DNA of 64,000 nucleotides from Tubulanus polymorphus (Eukaryota; Animalia; Nemertea). Location of the stretch: the NCBI RefSeq assembly GCF_964204645.1, contig NC_134027.1, positions 12,122,485 to 12,186,484 on the forward strand. Direction: 5' to 3'. The translations under genes were made by a program, and so were the position numbers. Each line of letters opens with the position of its first letter. The stretch's first letter is position 1. The notes beneath the pieces were generated by a model. That model did no database searches. It was given only the letters and a program-made list of their open reading frames with translations, and was not told the origin of the DNA. Below are positions 14,801-26,800 of the stretch, piece by piece.

Positions 14801-17800
14801 TTCAATGATCCATCAGTTGTTATGAACACAGATTAACTTACTGCTGAAAAAAGAACCAAAAATCGATTTATTTCAAATGGGACATGACTAATACCAGTTA
14901 TAATGAACAGATTTTCTTGTGCCCTGTACTATGTTGAAGCGAGGTTTCACTTAAAGAACTATCGGTTATAACAAACAGATTTTCTGGCGCCCTGGGGCCA
15001 GTTTTATAGACTGGCATTTTATCTTTTATTGGGGAATAACTCTAATTCATTTTCAATTGAGTTTACCCCAGGGTTAAAGATAATATCAGTCTATAAAACC
15101 AGGCCCTAAAGTTTGTTGTAACCAGTTCCACTATAATACAAACATTGTTCATTTTCGAAGCCCCTAAAAATAAATCTGGTTCAACAGTTCTTAGTTAAAT
15201 TCAAATCTACAATTAAAATGAATTAATTTTCAGTGTTTTGGCTGTCGAGTCAATAATAATGGAGAATGCTGTAGCTGGGTCTGGCGTCTACCGACACTAA
15301 GGACTGATAGTAGATATACATTGTAACTGTACCTTGTAACGCCTTAACTCAGTTTCATCAAGGACACTCTGGAACCCTCGTCCACAACGAACAATTTCAC
15401 AATTCTCTGACGTCCATCGTTCGAACTTCAATTTATCGCTGACTTTCTTCACTCTCTCATTAACCGCCTTCGAACCGACTTCGACGAGTAGTTTACGAAC
15501 GAGAACGGGCCGCGATCCGAAATCGAATATCAACCACTGAGAAAACGAACCAAACATACTGCCCTGAAACTTCACTTCTACTCCATACGCTCGAACAACT
15601 TCATTCTGAAATAATTGGAGACTGATAAAGTATCTATTTACGGTAAAATATCGACCAGGAATTTATGAAGTATGAATTCAGAAAAATACAACATAGGCCT
15701 AACAGCCAACTAAACTGGGTCCACAAAACTGGGTTCTACTGAACTTAGGAACTGGCTCTTGATTTGATATTTTCAATCCATAATGTTTTTACAAACCCCG
15801 TATGGTTCGTCTTGAAATATTTCACCAGATGCGAGTTGTGAACTTTGGTCTAAATCTGGTCCAGAAATGGAAAAATGAAGTCGATCTTTATTTTGCAGAA
15901 GAGCAACTTTCTCTAGCTTTACATCTTTCTACAATAAAACGAGGAAAGTTCATAATAAAATGCCATCGGATACCTCCTAACTTAACTGGTGAGGTTACCG
16001 ACCACACAAATCTATGATAACTCACCAAACACTTAATCTGGAAGCGCCACATATGTTTATCAGATTTTTTCAATTTAAACACCCTCAGTTGACTGTCAAC
16101 AGTTACATCTATATCTCGCAGATTTTCACAAATCTGCAAGAAAAATACAAAGATCAGTAACAAATCATGTTTTGAAAATAATTCTAATTAAAATAGAACC
16201 CTATTCAGAATCAGTCAATTCAACCAAGAACTCTGGGACTGGGTTCTCAGGAACACTGCAGACCTAAATCCTCAGAAACACATTGGAACTGAGGCTTAAG
16301 GAACACTATAATACTGGATCCTCAGGAAAGCTGTAGATACATGTAAAATTCAAATTCCCTACTTACGACATGTTTGGCTGATTCTGCCTGCATGTACTGC
16401 TCAGTTAATGTGTCCATGTACGAGAACAATCCACTCCTCATAGCCATCTGTTTCTTCAACTGGCGCCACTTATATCGTTCTATCCACTCGTCTAGTTCCT
16501 CTTGCGTGTGAGCGAATGTACAACTGTTGTACATGTCAGCTACATTTGAATAACGACACAGTCTTCCTGAATGATGCCTAGAAATAAATCAATCGAAACA
16601 AATTATCTAAATAAGCTATATTTTACAGGTCCAACAAGTAAATATTAATATCATAGTACTTAGAAAAATCTCAAACAAGCAGCATGTTGGCTGATATAGC
16701 TCTGCTGTGTTTTTAACTTCATTATTCTGTTCGTCGCCTATTGGCCCCACCTCTAAGGGAACCCTAACAGGATCAAATCAAGAGCAGGTATGTAACAGTA
16801 GCTGGCCAATGGGACATCCATACTCAATATGGTATAGATTTGATAAACACTGTAAGACTTAACTGTAAGAAAAGTGAACGCATTTGGCCTACTTCGGAGC
16901 TATGCGCCAAGCAGGCTCATAAAAGTTGAGACACTTACCAAGAGCAGAGTTTATAGCGCCCTTGCCACACGCCCCATGGTGGTTGGCGATAATTCCACTG
17001 ACGTTCCTTATCAGAATTCATATTAAATGAGTGAGCATCAGACGAACGATGAAGTTCCCATTGCGACGAGCCATGACACCGCACTGTACAGTACTGACAG
17101 TAAAACTCATCCTGATATCTTGCCCCGACAGCAGGTGACGCCGTCGGAAGCGCTGTCGATTTCTTAGCCGTTACGATCGAATTCCCGCTTTCGATATTCT
17201 GTTTCTCCCGTGGCGAAAACGCTTCGACGCTCAGTTCGACCAGTTGCGTTAGTGTCTGGATTTTATTCGTCGCCATCCACGACCAGATCAATCTCTCCTC
17301 CTCACTGTGAGCGAACGTGCAAATACCCACACACTGACAGTTCATTCTTTTATTCATCGTATTGCACATAACGAATTTTGTGTTCATAACATGTGGTTTG
17401 GGATTGATAATCTTCCTCGAAGGAAACGACATTACTTTTTTATTTATATTGAAATTCTCGTGGGCTCCGCGACACTTATTAGAATTTGGATGTTTTTCAT
17501 TGACGATTCCCTTCTTCCAACATAACTCGCAAATAAACACCACCTGGAACGGACAAGCCGATGATTTCTTCGTCTGCGGTTTTTGTTTCATATTTTGCGG
17601 TGTACTAACAGAGGCAGTCGTTATTCCTCCTGGAGTTGAAATTCCTCCTGGAGTTGAAATTCCTCCTTGAGTTGTAATTCCTGCCGGAGTTGTAATTCCT
17701 CCCAGGTTCGCTTCCTCCTGGAGTAACTGCCTCCAACGAGTCGTGATTTTGTCGTGTGTCAAACGCAGATCTCGTGCCAACGTCCACAAATCCCGTTCGA

Positions 17801-20800
17801 CAATACTATGCGCGTCGATGCAGTAGCCACGCATACGTTTCTCGCACAGCTGCATCTTGTAACAGATTTTGAACGGAGACGCGTCGAGGCCGAAGGGAAG
17901 CGGGAATATCAGCGTTATTCCGCCGACATCGGAGTAGTGCGACAGAATACGACTCTCCGACCACACGTGCAACTCCATGTGACAATATTCACTGCTATGA
18001 GATTTATGAACGACTTGATGCATATAATAGCAACGCAAACAAATAAACCCTAACCCTCCTCGATGTTTCCGAAATAATATTTCAATTTGGTTGCCATTGG
18101 CAGCGTTCCTATTTCCGGATGCACCGCCACTGCTGCTGCTGCGGTGAGTGCGAATAAACTCACTCACCGAGAATGTTCCTTCATCTTTCTCCAAAGTCCA
18201 TAGATGGCACTCCGGTTCGTTATGGACAAATCGGCAAGCGGCAATTCCTACGCGACACCGGGATCCGTTACAGAAATGATTACAGTACGAGAATTTACCA
18301 CGGAATTCGAAGAAACTATTGCGCTCTCGAACGTGCAGCCACCTATTATCGGTTCGTTTCGTCACAGCGAGCAACGATTCATCGCATTCATGTTCGAAGT
18401 TACGTAAATTCCATTCTCCTAATTTCGACGCCGGTTGAAAACATTTCGAACAAACAAGTTTCCACAAATAATCATCCAAAGGAAAGCCGGCCGCCGATTG
18501 ATCAGTTCTGTAATCGGTTGTTGTCGCTGATGAAGGGTGAGGTCTGGTAGATACTGCCGCTGCTGGCAACAATGGAGTTAGGGGTACCGGTAACTTAAAT
18601 TGAGGGGTTGATAATAAAGCCGGCCTCGACGAAGCGGTAAATCTTAGAATGTTATTATCTGTAAATTTGCAAATGAGAATTAGAAACATGAAACAAAAAT
18701 AATACCGAGGATAATGATGAAAATAAATTATCAAAATGATAAAACTTGTAGGATACTTGCTATTTTCATTGATTTGTCGCTTTCTCGCAATAAATTCACT
18801 GATATTAAACGCCCCAAGGCGATCTTGATCCCAGAACATTGTTTCTAAATCTGAATGGCTGAATGTGCAGTTGTTATCACCGATCATACACGGGCTGCCT
18901 TCTTGAAATTGCTGACATAATTTATACGTTCCTTTAAAATTCTGTAAAGAAACGAATAATAAATTCAGTTGAGGTCAAATAAAATTTACGCGAAGGAGCA
19001 AGGAATAGCTAAAATCTAAACTTTTTGTATGAGTTCCACATTTGTCGGTTAAAATTTGATATTAAAACATATTAAACTAATTTCACAAAACGAGTGTCAA
19101 ATCTAACTGACTAAGTTGTGGAATGGTTTTCTTAATTAAATTAGATTAATTCGATTAGATACAGAGTAAACAGTGCAACTTGTGGCATGTGCATATGTGT
19201 AGAAGGCTATTTATAAATACAACTATAACTAGTGAGCATGGGGTTAGTTAGTTCACGTACATCACGCATGTTCACAGGTCGAGGTCGGATTTTCAACCAG
19301 GCAGCATTATCATTCTGTGCTGATTGTTGATTTATGTTTCTGACGAGTAGATATTTCTGTTGACAGTTGTGTATAAATTCCTGTTTTAATTCGCAGCCTC
19401 CTTTCCCTTCATTATGCTTCACGTAGCAGATCTCACACGCGAAACGATATTCATAATTCGCAAACGGTGCCGGTAGAAATTGTACATTGTTATCGGTAGT
19501 GGCTGCTGATTTTGTCTGTTGGGGAGAGGATTCGCTTGTAAATTGCACCCAAACACTTCGCCCTTCTTGATCTTCATTTAACAGAGATGGAATCTCAAAA
19601 TCGTCCAAGGCGGTAACGTCATCATAACTCAAATCCGCCGACACAACTGTTGGGATAAACAAGAATGAAATTTCTCATTAGGATGGTTCCAGTCATTGTT
19701 GATTTGGTCTGATATCATTGATTCAAAGATGCATGAACAATAATGACAGAATCGATCTCATAGTCATCCTCCTTCGGCAGGGATTTGAACCCGATGGCAT
19801 CGCTACACTCAGCCATGGCACGAAACCCTGCCACACTAGACCGGGTGCGCAGGTACATGCGCAGGTTTACTGCGTGAAAACTTGCAGCAACAATCAGATT
19901 GCTCATTGTATAATAGCTGAGGCAAATTTCACGTAAGAACTATGAATGGGAAAACCCGGGCTATAAAACAGGATATCTGATTGGCTTATATTAATAATGA
20001 TATCTTCTAAGCTGCGCGTGTAGCTGCGCACTCGGTCTAGTGTGGCAGGGCTTTGTACCGTGGCAATCTCGATGCCATCAGGTTCGAATCCCTGCCAGGG
20101 GAGGATGTCTTATTTACCAATTACTCATTTTATTGCTATAATGTTTCATACTGAAATTTCTATCCATGTGAATAAAGAATTGAATTGTTTCATGCTTTGT
20201 GGCAATAAAATCTAATCTAATTGAATCAGCATGTAAGACTGGTTGCTGGCAAACAGTCTATCAGTAGATTTGAATGACAAGAAGTGTTGTGTTAACATAT
20301 TCGCTGCCGGCTACGAATATACTCGTACTTCCAGTTCTAACACCACTGCCAGTTACGAATATATTCATAGCTGATTTTTCCTATTTACAGTTAGATAGTT
20401 GCCCTCCGGCACACGGGAAAAACACAGTTCCTGAGTGGCTGGCAATATGAACTAACTCAGCTTCGTACTCAATGATAATTGGTCAATTTCGAGCAAAGGC
20501 TATGTAACAGCTCTAGAGCCGACTACGAGTATATTCCTGTGGCACTTGGGGGCAGCACCGTATTATCAAGCCGGCAGTGAATGTTAAATACCCGATCAAA
20601 ATCAATCAAATTTGTTGCACATATTTAGGCATACATTATCATAACTCAACTCTTTCAAGAAGATCAGCAGCAAATGAAATAATCATGTTATATGACAAAA
20701 ACTATGCTATTAGAAGCGTGATGATGGCAGAAATATTTTATCGTGATATGGTCCAGGTGAGGGACAGTCACAAAACCTCAGAAACAGAAACTCAGGAAAA

Positions 20801-23800
20801 CTTGCTATAACCGTGTGATTTTAGAATATGGACTAAAAATTGTCCATGAAAGAGAACAAGAAATAACCTTTTCCTTGGGATAGTCCCAGTCACAGTTGGT
20901 TTGCCCGATTTCATCAATTCAAAGCCTAGCTGTAGCCATGAATCTTAATTGAATCTGCAGATGTGACTGACAAGAAGTTGTGTTAGGGTTAGGGTCAAAA
21001 TCAACAAAGTTTGTTACATGTACCCACTTAAGGGTTAAATGAACGTTAATGTTGTATGACAAAACTGAGAAAGTTTCAGACAGTAAGGTGCCTAAATCGG
21101 ACGTTATCCTGTCATTTGTGAACTGTTCATTAAAACGATAGTAAGTCCCAGTGGGACGATCCTAAATTGCATCATAATGAAGCTAGGGGTCCAGGGACAC
21201 CATGCCCACTTGGTAAGTGGTTTCAAATGCTCAACAATCTAACAATTTCAATATTCAAGGCCACCTGGTGACCATATACAAAAACAAATGACCTTGAAAC
21301 TCACCACAATCATAGAATATGTCAGCAGCTACGATTTTGTAATTGATTGTGATAACAAAATATGCCTCATTACCGTATTTTCCGGCCAATAAGCCGAGGG
21401 CAGTTTTTTAGCCTAAAATACATGGATTTCATAAAGCTTCGCCCAATAAGCCGAGGCCCTCCATCAGAGATTTTAATTCACTGATTTGTCAATTAGTTCG
21501 TCTAAATTGACGATTTAAGAGGCTGACAGTAGCGCCCGCCGATGTGTGAGAGTGCTGTGTATACTATCATCGCCGAGTGACTGTGCTATATATAGACTCA
21601 CTCAGCTGATTACTATACACACAGCCATACACGCAGTACGCGGCTCACTGCTGATTTGCATATATACTAATGTATGAACTGACACGTGGTAGTACGATGA
21701 ACTCGCGCGTTTTATAAATGTATACCATTGCCGCTGTGCGGTGATGGAACAATCAAAATAAAAATAAAATAGTTCAAAATAGATTATAATTGGTAGTAAA
21801 TAATGACCTCAAATAAATATCGACCACTTTTCTTGATTTTGACGATCATTGAGAGCATTAGAGTGGCATAGATCAGGAAGTGATTTTTTAGGTCAGATCG
21901 TATCCGCCCAATAAGCCGATCACGATATTTTGGGTAAAAATCTGAGGCTAGAAAATCGGCTTATTGGCCGGAAAATACGGTAATCTAATATAGAAATACT
22001 AACTTATTCTACTATTCAACGCCCCCTTGTGACTTTACTACAAAACCCAATGACCTTGAAACTCACAACAATCATAGAACATGTCATGAACTGCAACTTT
22101 GCAATTGATTATGGTAACAAAATATGCCTAGGTACCAATCTAATAAGGAAATACTAAGTTATTCTACTATTCAACACCCCCTGGTGACCATATAGAATAA
22201 CTAATGTCTTTAAAACTCACTACAGTCATAGACAATGTCATGAGCTACAACTTTGCAATTGATTGTGGTAACAAAATATGCTTAGGTATCAATATAATGT
22301 GGAAAAACTTTTTCCCACCTACGAATGAGTACTGATAACACCAAGATGGCTGCTACGAATATATTCATAGCTGATTTTTCCTATTTACAGTCTACGGATG
22401 GACGGACGGACGAAAAGTGAACACAATAACCGGCTGGGACTAAAGTCCCAAGTGGGCTAAAAAGGGAATAACAATTAGTTTTCTGCCGAATCGTCAGAAA
22501 AAGCGATAAAATCAAATCATTATCAAAATTATATGATAACTTGTGGGATACTTGCCGTTATTTTCATTGCGATTAATTCGTCCCTTTCTAGCGATAAATT
22601 CACTGATATTAAACGCCCCGAGGCGATCTTGATCCCAGAACTTTGTTTCCAAATCTGAATGGCCGAATGTGCAGTTGTTATCCCCGATCATACACGGGCG
22701 GCCATCTTGAAATTGTTGACATAATTTATACGTTCCTTTAAAACTCTGTAATGAAACAGGCAATAAATAGGTAACGATCTAATAAGAAAATACTAAGTTA
22801 TTCTACCAGTCAATGCCCCCTGGTGACCATATAGAATAACGAATGTCCTGAAAACTCACCATTACATAGAGGATGTTATGAGCTACCACTTTGCAATCGA
22901 TTGTGGTAATAAAATATGTATAGGTACAAATATAAAATTGAAATACTAAGTTATGTATTATTCAACGCTCCCTGGTGGCAATATACAAGAAAATTAATTT
23001 TAGAAAATTATTTGACGCCTGCGAAAAAAATGTATAATTTCTGGGCTAAGCCAATGTGGAATTGCAAATTTGAAATCAAAGTTTTAAGAAATTTGGGGAA
23101 TGATGAGATTTGGCGATTGGGTAGATGATACAGCGGGTCTTCGACTCTAGTAGTGGTTTAAATTTTTTTATTGAAAATTCTCAATAATTGATCACGAACT
23201 TGCGACCGACTTCATTTACCTATGCCTCTAAGCTGGTCTGCAACTTCATTGCCTCCATGGTTGAAGAACGAGCTCTTCTAATGTCTGCTTCATCATGACT
23301 TCTAGCATATCGTGTGGCCTAGCCAGCCGGCCCGGGCCACGGGTTTGGCTGTCACTCGATATCCTAGAGTCTTGAGTCTGGGTGGGTTGAAGTAGACATT
23401 GTCATTTAAAATAACATGCTTATGTTGTTCTGTATGAATTACCCGTGTGTCATGTATGTTGTATTAATTTATTTTAAAATTTGTATTTATTGAATTTGGG
23501 AATTTTATCCCGAAATTTCAATGTAATAAGGATCAATAAAGAATTGAATTGAATTGTCACCTAATACACATGCCATCAGAGGACGCGGAGCCGTATATGA
23601 TAGCTATGCTATTATAAATTGCTAATCTCACGAAACCTGCATACTCCTAATATCAAACATATTTTCTAAAACGTTTGAATATTGAAATTATATGTTTACA
23701 CATTTTCATATTGACCGCTTGTAGCCGCTGATGAAATTCACGCCGGCCCTACACACATCGTAGATAGCTTCGTCATTCCACCGGCATGCCCACGTCAGGG

Positions 23801-26800
23801 TCTGACTTTTATATCAGACTTCCAAATCGTGTATACATCCGCCATTTAACCGAATAATCCGATTTACTTATCATTTCTATTTATGCCTGCCGCTTCTGAT
23901 ATAATCATACATCCTTTACTATTACAATACGTCTTCTAATGATATTCAATGCAATAAAACATTTCGACGTTCAAATATAGGTCATTATATAATCACAGGA
24001 AGCCATTCTACATCTATGTCAATAATATTTTGCCAGATAGCTTGTTTGTGTACACATAGACCTGTAACGTTTTGCACATCGATTTACGGCTGTCATTTGT
24101 AAAATGACGCTGAATGGTTAACATTGTTTAGGTTTCATAATGGTAACGTTTTATAAGGCGTCAAAAAACCAATGACCATGAAACTCACCAAAATCATAAA
24201 AACACGCTATGAGCTACAACTATCCAATTGATTGTGGTGACACAATATGCTTAGGTATCAATATAATGTGGAAAAACTTTTTCCCACCTACGAATGAGTA
24301 CTGATGACACCAAGATGGCTGCCAATTGCGTCATAATTGGCTGATCAAAAATACCTGACTCAAGTAGGCCTATAAAACATCCCTTTCCAATGAATACCCA
24401 TCACAAATTGCAATGAGAAATGGCAAACCAGTAAGAAGCTACAGGACTCAGAATTTGGGCCAAAATTGCCCAATTTTTGGGCACTAAAAAGGTCATAAGA
24501 CAAAACTTAAGTACCAAGTGGGCTAAAAAGTGTGTTAAAAGTGCCTGTTCTGGCAAACAACGATGGCTGCGAGTCAGCCAGTTCGATTCTGATTGGCCCA
24601 GTTTTTGGGTTGCACATGTGTCTACAGTAGAAACATTTGTAAACCAATCAAGAAAATCGATTAAGGCGTCTTCGAAACTTTCCAAAATAAGTGGATTCCA
24701 TCTATGCATAGAAAAATGAACCGGTAGAATAAAAGCGAATGCAACCGCCCCACTGAAACTAAGGTCACAAGAGCGTAAAAACCTAACTATGACTGGTGAG
24801 AATGGGCTAGTTTACATACATCACGCATGTTCACCGGTCGAGGTCGTATTTTCAACCAGGCAGCATTATTATTCTGTGCTGATTGTTGATTTATGTTTCT
24901 GACGAGTAGATATTTCTGTTGACAGTTGTGTTTAAATTCCCGTTTCAATTCGCAGCCTCCTTTCCCTTCATTATGCTTCACGTAGCAGATCTCACACGCG
25001 AAGCGAAATTCATAATTCGCAAATGGTGCCGGTAGAAAATGTCCACTGTTATTGGTAGAGGCTGCTGGTTTCGTATGTCGAGGAGGGGATTTTTTTGGAG
25101 ATTTTACGCGAACACTTTTCCATTCTTTATCTTCGTTTAAGAGACGAGTCGGAATCTCGAAATCATCCAAGACCGTAATATCCTCATAACTCAAACCTAC
25201 GGATACAAAATGTAATAATTAGGAATCAAATTATATCAGGACCCAGTTTCATAGATTGCTGGCTACGTATCCATGAGGGCAGGGGTAAATCAGCAAAAAT
25301 TGGACAATACTCCATATGTTACAGCCAGAGTCCCTACAGCCCTCAAATCCCTCTAAAAACCCGCAAATTCCTTAATTCTATTTTGAGGGTACGGTCATTG
25401 ATGGTATATCAGGATGTTTTGCTATTGTCTATAGGAATGTACGTACTACAGAAAACGTTGGTGGTTGGCGGCATGCGAGAGGCATTTCATCAGGATTTTC
25501 ATGGTACATTTTGGATACAAATGGAACTGGCGGTATATCGAGACATGACTGCAAAAATTTCTGAGGTAAAAATTCCTCAAGCCAGTGAGTGAATACATTG
25601 CATCTTCGGTAATTGTTTTATTTATGGTGAACACGATGCCAGTCTAGACTTATTTCCGGAATTATTGCGAAGAGCTTACTCAATTGCGAAGGGCGGAATA
25701 GATATATATGGGGATTTATCCATCCACCCCTTTGTCGCGAACTGTCATAGTCACCAACGGTGATCCGTGTCAACAACTGATCAACCGAATCGCATTTTTC
25801 AGTGCTTATTATAAATATCTTGTCATGTATACTATTTTTGGTATTAATGTCATATCTATCGTACTCTACACACTGTTGTCTGTTCTGTGGTGGTTTTTGG
25901 TCGGGCGTCGCTGTCGCCGCACAATTTGGAGTCGTTCCTTTCGACATTTTGGTCCCTCGAACCATGGCAGTACCGAATGGTAGTGATACAGCATCTTCAG
26001 ACTGGCGATCTGCTGCTGCTGCTGGTGCCCTGGAAATTCGTCGGATTCAACGCGGTCAATTTACGAAGTTGGTTAAGAAATGTGAAATTGCAGTCGACAA
26101 AAACAACGCAGTACTGGGTACGTGTCTATCAAACTCTCAAACGCAAATGGCAAGAACTGAAAAATTTAGATAGTGAAATTCTAGAGAATTTAGATTTGAG
26201 GGGCAAACACCGCAAATTGTCTGAATTAGACTTCACCGTTAATGAACTTATCTGTAGTCAACAATCGAATCCTCAAATCAAATCACAACCGAGTGCCTCT
26301 AATAGTTCAGTTTCGAAAATGTGTCTTCCGAAATTACAATTGCCACTTTTTTCCGGTGACATTATGCACTGGCAATCGTTTTTGGACCTTTTTAACGCGT
26401 CGATCGAAAAGTTCAGCCACCTAAAATGTCATTTGTCGGGTGTGGCTAGAATCTATCGAAGGATTACCCTTAACAGCACCTAATTATGCGAAGGCTAGGT
26501 CGATACTAGAACGTAGGTTCGGCCGAACAGACCAAATTTCCGAGGCCTATATGAACTCATTAGTTAACATCAAGGGTCCGGATAAATCGGTCAAATCGTT
26601 GTGATGTTTTCATGACAGCATGGAGGTTAAAATTAGGAGTTTGGAGTCATTAGGAATTGAATCCGATACGTACGGTTCAATGCTGGTGCCGATTATTCTC
26701 GGGAAATTGCCTAATGATGTCAGGTATAACAATACGAAACTTCAAAGTGGTATGCAGTGGGATTTTCATCATTTGCGCGACGCGTTACTCCGAGAAATTG

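Noticed and set aside
19765-20107. Bona fide tRNA genes
   Set aside because: A T-loop/B-box is present, but no canonical D-arm/anticodon cloverleaf could be drawn
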